From assembly GCA_003427395.1 (NCBI GenBank), contig BFEA01000041.1, forward strand, positions 270,934-334,933: a stretch of DNA of 64,000 nt. Reading direction: 5' to 3'. This document shows, piece by piece, positions 50,701-63,605 of this stretch. The notes under the pieces were generated by a model. That model saw nothing but the letters and a program-made list of their open reading frames with translations. It did not search any database and was not told the origin of the DNA. Each line of letters begins with the position of its first letter. The stretch's first letter is position 1. A program made the position numbers and the translations under genes. Source of the DNA: Chara braunii. Its lineage: Eukaryota; Plantae; Charophyceae.

Positions 50701-52291
50701 GATCCACTCTGGCCTTATACAATCCGACTTTGGAGACGACGGGGTCCCCAACAAAAATATCCCCCAAACAGGTGGTACGATATATGGAGGCAACCCCTCT
50801 TTGGCAATCCACACATATTACAAGAATCAGGCCAACCCTTCTCACTGACAACGAATTTTCCCTGGGTCATTTGGGCCAAGAAGGGTGTTTTCACGGTCGG
50901 TGACCTGTGGGATCCAGCGAGAGGGGAGTCGGCAACTCCTAGCCAGCTGCAACACAAACTTAAACATGTTAAAAATGTGGAAGAAAAGACACGCCTACTG
51001 AAGGAGGCTCTCCCTATCGCCTGGTGGCTCACTCTGCGGGAGGGACCAATAGTTCGACGTGACGACTGGGTGGTCAATTATTCAGATTCTTTTGGCCATC
51101 CAGTCATATATAAGATCAAGGAGAACAATCACGGGACCTGTGAACTGGAAGCTTATGAACCTCTTCTGAATGGGGCTACATTCACGAAACTGTTAAAATA
51201 TGACAACCTGGACACAACATGTGGATGGGGGGGGTTGGTGCAGGTGAGAGTGGTGGGGGACAAAAATAATTGCTACTATGCATATGAAACCATTCCCCCC
51301 TTGGCTAAGCTTCCTTTCGACCCGACAGAATGAAAATAATTGCTACTATGCATTTATGGGACTACACAGTGAAAGGGGGATACCGATCATCACGGCCGAG
51401 TCAGGCGATCAACCAAAGGGTAGCAAACAGATGAGCTCGAGACTCGCCGCTGGAACTTGAATTGTCATAATCTTTAGACTGGTCCAAGTATGCGAAGATC
51501 ATGCCCACAAACTATAGGTCCTTGCAATGGCAGATCTTGCATCACTGCCTCCTCACTCCCGATTGGCTAGTGTCAAGGACAAACTTGGAACAACAAGGGA
51601 AACTATCCCCCATCTGTGCATATTGTGAAACAACCCACACGCCGGCAAGAGCAACTCTTGAACATTGCTTACTGGCGTGCCCAATGGTCACCCAACTATG
51701 GCAATGGTGGGATGCGACCTTTCACTCCCTCACTGGATATCATATCCCCTGGGACCTAGGCCTTCTGCTGCTGCGAGAGAACCGCCACGTATTGGCACAT
51801 TGGTCCTCGTTTGCGACCAACCTTTTTTCATACACAAGGATGCATAATCCTTATGTTGGCTTGGAGAGTCAGGTGCTCATTTGAAAGAAAAAACAACCAA
51901 TTTGCTTGCTGCAGGCGCAAAAAGCGGTCGAAGAGCAGATCAGGAATAGGAAGCTTGGAAATGCATGAGGCGTGAATTCTTTGAGGAGAAAGACCCATTC
52001 ATCAAGGATGTCATTCGAGACTCCTATATGCAGATTTGGCAGGACCCTAACAAACTGTTTTCGGAACTTAACACTGCCCTCGGTATCAGATGGAAACCAT
52101 GGAGGAGAATGAAACCTGATTGGCAAAGGAAACCCTTCTGTGACTTTCAAGTCCCATTCCTCCAACCCAACTTCGTCCTCCTTCCTAGTCCTGAGCCGCC
52201 TGCCCACCAACCTCCTCACCCCCCCCCACAGTCGCCCTATTGCCCACCCCTGCTTGGCCCACCGCCTGCCCCTACTCCCCTGACCGCTTGA
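47724..52291 (+). pseudogene. LINE ORF2 (APE endonuclease - reverse transcriptase - zf-RVT), disrupted
   Basis: DIRSLNVN, ICIQEIH, VSVYAPN, AGDFN, DAYRLLHP, SRID; LIHPDQTGF, FIDFEKAY, QGDLIAPLLF, LFADY, KGGLGI; CAYC...LEHCLLAC. Confidence 0.92.
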
Positions 52292-53483
52292 TAATGGAGG
52301 TCTGAATATCAAGTGACAGACATCAACGCCAGAGAAGATACCATCATCAAGGGAGGACCTTGTTGCTGCGGTCTTCAAGAATCATTAATGGTAGCATACA
52401 TGGGTTTTGTATGGCGTCTGCATGGGTTCTAAGAGGGTATAAGGCTAAAAGGTTTAAAGATTTTAAAGATTTTAAAGACTTTAAAATTTGGTTGCTCCAT
52501 GGGAAAACAGAGTCATGGTATTGGCCAACTGTGCAGCAGCAAATGGTAGGTCGTTAACTACAACACACGCCTCCTTGACCTATATTTGTTTGGGGGTAGC
52601 GGGGTAGCAGGGTAGCAGAGTGCTAGGCTGATTCAGGAGGGATAGATCGACGTCCCAGAGGAGGGTGTAGATTGTTGCACCAGGGTAATTCAGGCGAAGG
52701 GACAAACACACAAACACAGTAATAATGCTCAAGAGGCTGCTTTGCATATGATTGTTTAGTTTTCGACAAACTGTTTAAAAAAGGGGTTAGGATATTAAGG
52801 GTCTAAAGGGTCAGAAATAGCAACAACCTATCAGAGGGCCTGCTGAAATAGGGCTTGGGTGATAGACAAGGGGGCTTCTAAAAAGGGAAGGGTGACACTA
52901 GCAGCTCCATGGGATACTGGTGGCCCGGGATAAGTCAGCAATAACCACAGCCCTAGGAATCAACAAACACCATTTTTTGTGCTACTTGATGTATCTAATG
53001 GGATGTTGGACCCGGTTTCCAGTAGGTGTCGCTCCCCACCAATAGATGGAGCAGCCTGACAGATAAGCCCTCAATTCTTACGGTTCACTTACCACCGCCA
53101 AGATAGGGGGATATCGCAAGGGATTTTCAAAAAAAAAAAAAAAAAAAAAAACTGCAGCAGGGCGGGGATTTCGGGACGAAGCGGGTAGCCGGCGCCGTAG
53201 TGCTCTGCTCCCGTGACGCAAGCGGCACGATCTTAGGATTTAGCCATAGCCGCGCCGCGGTGCCTCGTGCATAGCCGCATGGAGCTTAACCGCCATGCCC
53301 CGGAGCGCGCAGCACGGGAAAGGGGGGTCTTGGAGCAGTCGAGCTACACAGGTTAGCTCGAGCAACAAAGACACGAGCTTGTCCAGGGTTGAGAGGAGGG
53401 AGTGGGCTGGACCTTTGAGGAGGGGAGAGAGGCAGGCAGCATGGGGCTCTCAAACCAGAGCTGCGGCACAGAACGACAGATAA

Positions 53484-54622
53484 GTGGCAACATTCAAGAC
53501 GGCAAAATCACGAACCGAATGGTTACAAGAGATTGTGCAAGACATGTCTTTGCGGCTGCAAACGGAGCCAGAGGTCGAAGGGGGAGCAATTTCTCTGGCT
53601 GGTTGGCTGAAGGATAAAAGTGAGGACATGCTGGAGATCATCTGGGAGCTGGAGGAGGGTCGGATCCGATTGGAGGAGGGCAGATGGCATCATGTCTGTC
53701 TGCAAAACCCTCTTCAATGAGGGTTGCGATCTGTGTGCTCTTCTGGAGGACCGGTTGGAGGGTGATATNNNNNNNNNNNNNNNNNNNNNNNNNNNNNNNN
53801 NNNNNNNNNNNNNNNNNNNNNNNNNNNNNNNNNNNNNNNNNNNNNNNNNNNNNNNNNNNNNNNNNNNNNNNNNNNNNNNNNNNNNNNNNNNNNNNNNNNN
53901 NNNNNNNNNNNNNNNNNNNNNNNNNNNNNNNNNNNNNNNNNNNNNNNNNNNNNNNNNNNNNNNNNNNNNNNNNNNNNNNNNNNNNNNNGTGCTCTTCCGG
54001 AGGGCCGGTTGGAGGGTGATATTGATGGTGAGGAGGCGCACGTGGCAACAGAGGTAACAGCGTTAACATCAAGATCAACAACAGCAACAACAACAACAAC
54101 AGCGACAACAACATCGACACCATTGATATCGGCGGTTGTGAAGACAACGAAGGGCACAACGCCAATACTCTTCACAAAAACGACATCATCGACGACAATG
54201 ACAATAGTGGGAACAGCACAACCACAAACAACAACGACGACGACAACAACGACACATCTTGGAGCGAAAGAATGGCTGATTACCTTGGAGAAAGGATGCC
54301 AATGGTTACAGGAGATTGTGCGGGACATGTCTTTGTGCCTGCAAGCGGAGCCAGGAGTTGAAGGGGGAGCGATTTCTCTGGCTGGTTGGTTGAAGGATAA
54401 AAGTGAGGACATGCTGGAGATCATCTGGGAGCTGGAGGAGTGGCCGGATCCCCGGCTCGAAGTCTGCATCGATTGGAGGAGGGCAGATGGCATCATGTTT
54501 GTCTGCAAAACCCTCTTCAATGAGGGTCGCGATCTGTGTGCTATTCTGGAGGACCGGTTGGAGGGTGATATTGATGGTGAGGAGGCGCACGTGGCAACAA
54601 AGGTAACAACGTTAACATCATG

Positions 54623-54659
<37 letters not shown>

Positions 54660-55183
54660 TCGACACCAGTGATATCGGCGGTTGTGAAGACAACGAAGGT
54701 CACAACGCCAATACTCTTCACAAAAACTACATCATCGACGACAATGACAATAGTGGCAACAGCACAACCACAAACAACAACGACACATCTTGGAGCGAAC
54801 GAATGGCTGATTACCTTGGAGAAAGGATGCAGATGGTTACAGGAGATTGTGCAGGACATGTCTTTGTGGCTGCAAGCGGAGCCAGAGGTCGAAGGGGGAG
54901 CGATTTCTCTGGCTGGTTGGCTGAAGGATAAAAGTGAGGACATGCTAGAGATCATTTGGGAGCTGGAGGAGGGGCCGGATCCCCGGCTCGACGTCTGCAT
55001 CGATTGGAGGAGGGCAAATGGCATCATGTCTGTCTGCAAAACCCTCTTTAATGAGGGTCGTGATCTGTGTGCTCTTCTGGAGGACCGGATGGAGGGTGAT
55101 ATTGATGGTGAGGAGGCGCACGTGGCAACAGAGGTAACAGCGTTAACATCAAGATCAACAACAACAGCAACAACAACAACAGC

Positions 55184-55220
<37 letters not shown>

Positions 55221-55381
55221 TCGACACCGGTGATATCGGCGGCTGTGAAGACAACGAAGGTCACAACGCCAATGCTCTTCACAAAAACGGCATTGTCGAC
55301 AGCAATGACAATAGTGGCAACAGCACAACCACAAACAACAATGACGACGACAACAACAACAGCGACAACAACAATAACATC

Positions 55382-55431
<50 letters not shown>

Positions 55432-55508
55432 CGGCAACATCAACAAAATGCCTACTACTATTACCTTCCCCCCACTGTGCGTGGTGTCTCTCCCTGCTGA
55501 TCCGCTAA
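53484..55508 (+). repeat. Tandem ~540-bp coding-like repeat (novel domain plus Thr tract), at least 3 units
   Basis: GAGGGTGATATTGATGGTGAGG at ~54012, 54561 and 55092; translated domain homologous to 5169-6005; followed by the shared 3'UTR block and poly(A) at 55881-55903. Confidence 0.85.
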
Positions 55509-56115
55509 TCTTCGCTTCACAGCGGGTGGGAGTGGGATAAACGACGACCCTCCATTGATTGGGGTTGTCCGGCCCTCAATCCCCAATCATGATGAGGTGT
55601 AGGGGTAGGTTGTTTAGGGTTTCGGGCTTGGGTGTGTTTTGGCTGTTGGCGTATTTGATGGAGATGTTTTTTCACTTAGGTTTTCGTCATGTACGCAGGA
55701 GGTCAATCCTTCCCTTCTCCTGGGAAGTAATCAATGCCTTTTGCTCTATGGGGGATATTCAAACTNNNNNNNNNNNNNNNNNNNNNNNNNNNNNNNNNNN
55801 NNNNNNNNNNNNNNNNNNNNNNNNNNNNNNNNNNNNNNNNNNNNNNNNNNNNNNNNNNNNNNNNNNNNNNNNNNNNNNNNAAAAAAAAAAAAAAAAAAAA
55901 AAAGAATAAAATAACTTGTGACTCGTTGTGAGGCGGTACATAGTTGCCTAGAAAAGACTAGATGATGTATGGATCTAACAGAGGAAGATCTTGCTGAGAG
56001 TGGGCAGTTAGAGGCCTAGCGTTGAGGCTTACCCGTTAAAAGTTTTCTGCTGCCCCTTGGTTGGAGAAGAAGTAAGGGTTGCAGCACGTGCTTGTACTTT
56101 GATCTTTATGTATAT

Positions 56116-56207
56116 GGGACACTGGACCCGTTTTCCAGCACGTGCTGCTTCCCACGAATAGATGGAGCCATGAATTGATTGTACAATAAAAAATAAAAAA
56201 TAAAAAA
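56116..56207 (+). mobile_element. Structured LINE tail variant with (AAAAAT)n
   Basis: GGGACACTGGACCCGTTTTCCAGCACGTGCTGCTTCCCACGAATAGATGGAGC. Confidence 0.75.
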
Positions 56208-57327
56208 CTGCAGCCTCCTTTTGGATTTCCCATATGTCGAAACGAAAAAAGGGCTGCCGATTCAATTTATCGACGGCGTCCCTCCCCCGCTTGGCCTCCC
56301 ACGTTACCCGGCGCGTCTCGGCATTATAGCTGGGTGTCAGCGTCGAACCCGCACCACTTCAGTGGCCGCAGATTTTTTTTCTTTTTCAACGGTGGCCCAT
56401 GTCGCGCCGCCCCTCCGGGCCTCCGAGTTTTGCTTGTGGCGACAAAAACTTTCTGCAATGCTGGGGCCGTGTACTGGCGGATTAAGATCGTCGGAAAGTT
56501 ACCGAACTGGGACATTTTCTCGAGCCTGGGCGTAGCGGTAGCAGCAGGAAGCAGAAATATGCAAACTTTTGCCACAAGAATTCATGTTGCCCAAAAAAGA
56601 AAAAGAAAAAAGAGAATTCATGTGCCCTCCGGCTTTTTTTTTTTTTTAACACCGAAAGGAGTCTTTCCATTACAAGCTGGGAATCGGGCCCAGCGTCCCT
56701 CACATGAATAGCTATGGCCCACAGGGATAATCCTGACTCACCGGCCAGGCATAACCCCAACCATAGCAAAAATCTCACCGCCGTCACAATCCTGCAATGA
56801 ATAGCTCGAACCCTGCCACACAGCCACCAGCACAACCCAGAAAGAAGAGTTTTATTATTGGGGCCCCTAACCTTTTTCCCCAAATCTCAGCACGAAATTT
56901 ATGGCCCTATTTTTTTTCTTCTTCTAGGTATTGTTCGCCAACAACTCCAAGTGACAAAAACGTAGGCTACTTGGATCGCCAGGCCGTGCGGCCCGAGCAA
57001 GTTGCCCGGGGCCACATGCATGCAGCACCCCGTGCAGGCAAACTCAGCCCTTTTTTTTTCTTTTCTTTTCTTTTCTTTTCTTTTCTTTTTTTTGGGTGGA
57101 CGTCTCATGAGCATGGCTGCAGATCCGTTCCCACCCCATCCGTTGTCCTTAGCAGAAATTTTGCCGCCTGCATGAGCTCAGGGATTCTCAGATTGCGCTC
57201 AGAACAGGCCCGGGTTTCTGGTTCTCCAAATCATACTTCCCCTATTCTTGGCATTCTGTCTACTCCTACTCACCTCAGCTTACTTCAGTTCGAATATAAG
57301 ACATCGCTGCTCATCTCAGAATAACCC

Positions 57328-58445
57328 TTTTTTTTTTTTTTTTTTTTTTTTTTAAACATCTTTGATGGGGAATAGAGGGGATGCTGATAAGAGCAGACAC
57401 CCCCTCTATTCTCCCTGTTTGGTAGATGGCTTCGTTCCATTGGTGGGGAGCTGCACCTGCTGGAAAACGGGTCCAGCGTCCCTTAACATCACAAATCCTT
57501 AGAATGATAAGGAACCCCTCGTGCTGGGAACCGGGCCCAGCGTCCCCTTATATCAGATATAAGTCTAGAAAAAAACAGGCAGGCAGACGATAAGAGGGCT
57601 TTGTCTTCCGTGTCTCTGCACCTTGGACAGCCAACAGCCATGCATGCCCCCGCCGGAAACCAGGCAGATAATGGGGATTTGTCATCTGTGCCTCTTCACC
57701 CTGAACGGGCGCCAGATATTCGTGACTATCTAGCACTTCTAGCTTCCCATCCTCTGATATTTTTCAAACTGAGAATCCTGGTCAGCGACAGGAAATTGTT
57801 TCTCACAGCCTGAGTCCGTTTCCACGGATAAACAACCTTCCAACCCATTATTTCCAGTAGCCGATGTGGAACATAACCAGAAAAGTAGTGTATAATCTCA
57901 GACACCATCCTGCGCGTACCAAGAGATTGGAACCAGTGGCACACCCAGGGGGGGAAAGGGATCTGGGAAACTTGAAGGTGGACTCATTGGAATACTGGGG
58001 TCAATAGTACTCCAGTCATTAAAAGTGAGACGATAATTCCATGACTCTTTCCCTGACCCATCTTCCTGCCTCCTTTTCCATTCCACCCTTCCCATCTTCC
58101 CTCCTTGTTCCCCTCCAAGCCAGTCTTGATTGAATATTTGAATGTGCTGTTTGATGTCTTTTTCCAGAGAAAAGAATTTAAGCTTTTCCTTCACTTTTTC
58201 CCATCTAACTGTGATTTCAATCTGAATTTGCTGTTTGATAGTGTCTGTATATTCAGGACCATCAAGCCGAGCACCTTCCATCTCATAGGTGCACCTACGA
58301 ACCCATAGAGCCCAGATCACCGCTCGTCTCGAGATCTTAAATAAATTCAGAGTAAAGGTATCCTCCATCGACGGATTCCAATCTTCAAGTAATAAGGCTT
58401 TCCAGTTCCATGGCCAAGGGAGGGATGTTCCGATATGACTGGGGT
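57328..58445 (-). mobile_element. 5'-truncated L1/Tx1 LINE 3' end
   Basis: ORF 57898-58458 (WPWNWKALLL..FKISRRAVIWALWVRRC) matches the other LINE C-termini; hairpin 57522-57546, motif 57429-57482, terminal hairpin 57370-57411, poly(T) on +. Confidence 0.85.
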
Positions 58446-58814
58446 GAGTGGAAGACAACTGTTGTCTGATGCTGTCTGATGCTGTCCGATGCTGTCCGAT
58501 TGTACTTAAATGAACTTCATTTCGGTCCAGACCTGCTTCTCAGTGAAGTTGTTGTATAGTATCCTTCCAGAAAGTCTCAGAATGTTTCAGCTGATTTCAG
58601 TTGTCTTCAGTTGTCTTCAGCTGTCTTCAGCTGACTTCAGGGGATTTCAGTGCAGCTCAGTGCAGCTCAGTGCAGCTCAGTGCAGCCTAGTTCAGCCTGT
58701 TATTCAGCCTGTTTTCTGTTGCTTTCTGTTTTTCCAGTTGTTCCAGTTCTTTTTCAAAACACTTGCTATTGCAGATGTGCAAAGACACAATAGGCGCCAA
58801 GAGGATAGTAGGTG

Positions 58815-59063
58815 GTTGGCAGAGGCTAGGGGATGGAGGGAGACTCCACTGGTGCCCCCCGGTGGGTGCCCCCCAGTGGTTCCCCCCCCAATACCCGACC
58901 GTGCGGCAGGTTAGGCATGGAAGAGTAGATTGAACATGGGACGCTGGACCCGGTTTCCAGCACATCGGCGTCACTTCAATTGATGTACTGTTTTGTAAAG
59001 ATGTATTTAAGGGACGCTGGACCCGGTTTCCAGCAGGTGTTGCTCCCCACCAATAGATGGAGC
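58815..59063 (+). mobile_element. LINE 3'UTR fragment, same family as 27100-27405
   Basis: CAGAGGCTAGGGGATGGAGGGAGACTCC...AATACCCGACC matches the reverse complement of 27335-27404; solo hairpin 58938-58962 and full motif 59011-59063. Confidence 0.8.
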
Positions 59064-59072
59064 GGCCCGCTA

Positions 59073-61850
59073 GGGTCCAGCGTCCCATTGGTACATCTTG
59101 TAACACACAGATTGCTGTTTGTTATTTTCCTGGGGCTGTGGGTTTTTCTCTTCTCAGACCCGGGCCTCCGTTGTCCCTTGGAGCTGCTAGTGACACCCAT
59201 CCCCTCTTAGAGCACCGCATTATCTATTAGCCCAGCCCTGTTCAGCAGCCCCCCTGTAGTATGTCTGTCGCATTTGAACCCCTTAAACCCTATACCCGCT
59301 CCAACCTCACGCACATGACCTTCGAACCTCATGCACATGACCTTCGTCATCCTTGAAGCCTGAAGTGCAATCTGCAGGGCTCACCTTCCAGGAATGAGAT
59401 TTGGCAGGTAGATCTGTTGTTGTGGCCTAAGTTACTTGCATGCTTGACATTGTCAGGTGAGAGCGGAGATGTAGACTGTTTCTGCTGCAAGTTAAGAGGT
59501 TTTCTGTTCTTCTCTGTGTCGATCTGCTGTCCATGTCTGGTCCTTTGATTCATGGTGTAGAGATCGGCCCCAGCAGGCCATTTGGAGCTGTTGGTTGTCC
59601 TGTAGCTGTGTATCTTGAGAACTGCCCAAAGCGTGTTGTAGGTTCACAATCCCCGGGCGCCCAGTGGTCCGCTGTCTCCTCTTATCTCCTCTTGTGACAC
59701 TGTATCGATGGGGGGTGGCGGGGGCATGTGAGGGGGGGGCGGGTGTTGGGTGGGGAGTGTGTCGGGAGGCATGGAGGTGGGGGGGGGGGGGGGGAGTTCA
59801 GGAGGGAAGTGTGGCAGGAAGGGGTGGGGCTCGAGCGGGGTCTGTGAGGGGGCGGAGAGGTGTTCCGGTGGGGGCTGTGTCGGGAGGGGTGGGGGTGGGG
59901 AAGGGGAAGGGGTTGGAGCGGGTGGTTGTGACGGGAGGGGCGTGAACAGGGAGGGTGACGGGGAAGACGGGGGGAGAAGGACAATCGGTGGGTCTCTTGG
60001 GGGGATTGTGAAAGTCTGTCGTGGTCTCAGTTTCCATGGCTGATCCCCGGGTGGCCATAGTCCCCATTTAAGGTCAAGGTTTGTGTCCATTGTGGCCAGC
60101 TTACGGTCCGGGTCCAGCCATGTATCTGCGAAAGCCTGAGTTAGTCCGTCCCTCTGTTTTTGATCTGGCACTTTGGTTAGCATGTCTTTGAGTTTATCCC
60201 ATTCGTTCTTGATATTCGCTCGAATTGTTTACACAATTTCCACTTTAGCTTGGGGAAAGCCGAATGTATGTTGTTTCCTCTCAAAGGAGCATCGAGCTCT
60301 CCATGCGACCATGAGGACTAGAAGTCCGGTCGTATGATAGAGCTTGTGCTCGAAGGTGGAGAGGTCGGCCTGTTGTGGGGGTGGCGAGCCCAGCAGAAGG
60401 GCTCTCGGTTCCCAGGGGAAGTTCTTACCTGTGAGTGAGCGCCATGTTGCGTCCCACCACCTCCAGATCTGAATTGCCATTGGGCATTCCAGGAGGTAGT
60501 GCTCCAGATCTGCTAGCCTGGGTTGGGACGATTTTCCGCAGTATGAGCAGATCGGGGACACAATGCCTCTCTGTTCTAGTCGAGACCTTGACACCAGCCA
60601 GTCCAGTGTTGGAAGACACCGATACCAGATTTGCCACTGTAGGGCTCGGTGGGCGGTGGGCATTATCCTGGCAATCTTGGGCCAGGGCGGGGAGGGGATA
60701 TGTGCCTCTTGGAAAGGTGAGTCTCTCTGCCATCAGTTAAGCAGTGGTTTATTAACAGGGGCCGGTGCATGGACTGCACGGTAGCAGCCCTTTACCGTAA
60801 ACTGCCATATGGGAAGGGGCTTCTTACCCTCCCACTGCCATTCTGCCGGATCAAAGGGAAGGGAGGATATGGGTGTAACTGGTTCAAATGCCCAACACCC
60901 CCCTTTAGCGTCTCCCACTACACGTACTCTTATAAGTTGTGCCCAAACACATTGAAGATCCAGGTCTTCATTCCTTGTTAGTTTGGAGATTCTTGAGCCT
61001 GGTAGTTGTGGCTCATACGCTTGAAGTGTTGCCGTTGTGGCTTCACTAACTTGGTAGACCACCATTGGGATGGGCAGAGAAGAATGTCGGATTACCCAAT
61101 CGGCTGCTCTGATCACCGGCCCTCTCTTTAGTTCGAGAGTCCAGGCCAGCGGTACCGCCTCCTGCAGATCCGACAGTTTGTCTTCCAGTTTTGTGATATG
61201 TTGGAGCTGCCTTTTTAAGGCTTCTTCTGTCTTCCACTGTCCTCTTACCGTGTCCCACAGGTCCCCGATTGTGAAGATGCCCTTCTGCGTCCATTTCAGC
61301 CAGTGGGATCTTTGGGATATTGAGAATGGTTTACCACTAGCGTCCAAGATATGTGGGTTACCAAAGATCGGTTGGCGCCAGATTTCTTGCCATCTCAACG
61401 GAACTGGTAATTTTATCGGGCCTATTTCTTTCCATAGGTGTAAGAGATCTAACCATAGGGGGTCCTTTGCCAGGTCTTGTCTGACCTGCTTGCGGAGGAG
61501 ACTATTACCTCCACCGCCTGTTCCAACCACATTGTTGCAAGTTGGCTTCGGTATGGACCAGTGGGCGTTAGTAAACTAGGCCAGTGGGTGAATGGGTCTA
61601 TCGGGGGCTGAGGGAGGTGCGAAGTTTGTGATTTGTATCATTGCTAAAGGGAGCCACGGGACATCGTTAGCTAGTAGCATATGTATGATGACCTTGAAGA
61701 TAAGTGCCTTGAATTGGTCTCCCGGATCAATGATCGCTAACTCTCTTCTCAATCTAGGTTGGGTTACATATTTCCAGGTCACTCTCTTTATGCAATTGGC
61801 TAGCTCATGGTCATTTCTTCAGAGGTAGGAGGCCAAATCCACTTCAGGCA
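59073..61850 (-). mobile_element. 5'-truncated L1/Tx1 LINE (post-RT region, Zn motif, Pro-rich end)
   Basis: ORFs 60733-61530, 60229-60663 (CSYC...LEHYLLEC) and 59644-60183 are collinear with 50400-52291. Confidence 0.88.
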
Positions 61851-61926
61851 TCTCTCGAATACGAACATATTCCCACCGACCCTAAAGTTGGGTTGGATAC
61901 ATTAGCGATTTTCCTTGACTGCACCT

Positions 61927-62510
61927 TTTTTTTTTTTTTTAATTTAAACCCATGATGTCAGATAGGAGTGATGATGAGAGCATACACTCCTACCTGACTC
62001 GCTAGGGGCTCCATTCTATTAGTGGGGAACTGCACCTCCACAGGAAAACGGGTGCAGCGTCCCATTGTAGCAATGAAAGGTAAGGGTACAACTCATGCTG
62101 GGAACTGGGCCTAGTGTCCCTTCTGATCCGTGGATATTGAGCGTAAAGTGGTAAAGTCCTGAATCTTGTGCCTTTTCATCCTGACCAGGGCGCCAGATAT
62201 ACATGACCACCTAGCACTTGACCCTACTCATTTGACTGAGAATCTGAAAATCTGAGCAAGCTCTTCAAAGGCAAAAAACGCTAGTTATCATGAAGGTCAT
62301 TCAAGCGCATACCATGACCTGGGAACCAAGTACAGCCCTGATGGGGGGAAGGAGCAGGAAAATCCGACAGAGGCCTTAACGGTATAGTGGGATCAGGTGC
62401 GAGAATCCGCAGCCAGATATACATGACCACCTAGCACTTAAACCTACTCATTTGACCGAGAATCTGAAAATCTGAACAAGCTTTTCAAAGGCAAAAAACG
62501 CTACTTATCC
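61927..62510 (-). mobile_element. LINE 3'UTR fragment with structured tail and poly(A)
   Basis: Hairpin 62097-62121, motif 62008-62063, terminal hairpin 61957-61998, T-run 61926-61940; internal ~100-bp duplication (62192-62290 vs 62412-62510). Confidence 0.75.
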
Positions 62511-63277
62511 TGACCCTAGTTTTCCCAACAAAGAAACAGCCTGCTCCACACAGAAGAATAGCTCCACACAACACAACAAAGACATATTTGCGTCAATGCC
62601 AGGGTTCAGGCCATAATATGTCGGATGTACGTGATTTCATCATAAGCTAATAAAGACTGACTGGCACCCCACATTTTATAACAAAGAACAAAAGAGGCCT
62701 AAAAACCAAACAAACAAACAAACAAACAAACAAAAGAGGCCTGACCCTTCAATCATTCTGGGTAAGAGTCGTACCGCCAGAGCAAAAGATTAACTTCCGT
62801 TTTTCTGTCCTTTTCGGGTACAACGTCTCCATTCTGTTAGTGGTCTGTGACTCAATGGTTAGGGCACCAATTGTCAATGCGCATTGTGGAGACACCGGCG
62901 GGTGTTTACATAACGCAAGGCGGCCTGATGCAGGTAAGCTATTACAGACACTGCCAGCGCACCACCCAAGGGATTGTCCATGGTGTTGTATGTTGGGTCC
63001 TGGCTTATGAGGGGTTTGTCGGATAGAGTTAGCGGTCTAATGGGGATGCATGTATGGGTTTGTGGTTAGACTGCTCGTGCTTGTTGGTTACCTTGGGCTC
63101 TGCTTTGGAGGGAGCAAGGACCTCACGTAGGATCTCTTTGTCAAACACTGGATTTTGCACATCGAGCATTGCGCTCAAGCCAAATTCGCTGCACGTGTTT
63201 ATATTGACACCAGTCCAGAAAAGAATATTTGCCCTTTCATGCACGCCCCCCAGAATATGACGGGGCGTATGTGTTCA

Positions 63278-63314
<37 letters not shown>

Positions 63315-63318
63315 GAAC

Positions 63319-63387
<69 letters not shown>

Positions 63388-63605
63388 CGGCTCCCACATA
63401 GTGAAATGTGAAATTGAGAGAAGAATATAGCTTAGTTTTATGAAGAAAATAAGTTAGTGCAGACTACCTTCTTACCCAAAAAAAAAAGTACGTACCTTGT
63501 ATACGAATACAACGTACGGACTACGTTGTATTCAAAGACAATGTACGTATGTTATATAACGCACACACACACACACACACACACACGTGTACGAGAGAGA
63601 GAGGG

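Larger units (their letters stand above)
42173..53151 (+). mobile_element. Near full-length decayed L1/Tx1-clade LINE, interrupted at ~44407-46266
   Basis: Gln-rich upstream ORF region (42173-44400; its assignment to this element is inference), ORF2 motifs 47724-52291, tail motif 53000-53052, poly(A) 53129-53151. Confidence 0.8.

Noticed and set aside
53714-55282. 522-aa Val-rich minus-strand ORF
   Set aside because: Antisense shadow of the Thr-rich tandem repeat, and it spans an N gap
59011-59063. Tail motif as an HDV-like ribozyme or preQ1 riboswitch
   Set aside because: Lacks the nested double-pseudoknot order of HDV ribozymes and the preQ1-I consensus; kept only as an unclassified pseudoknot
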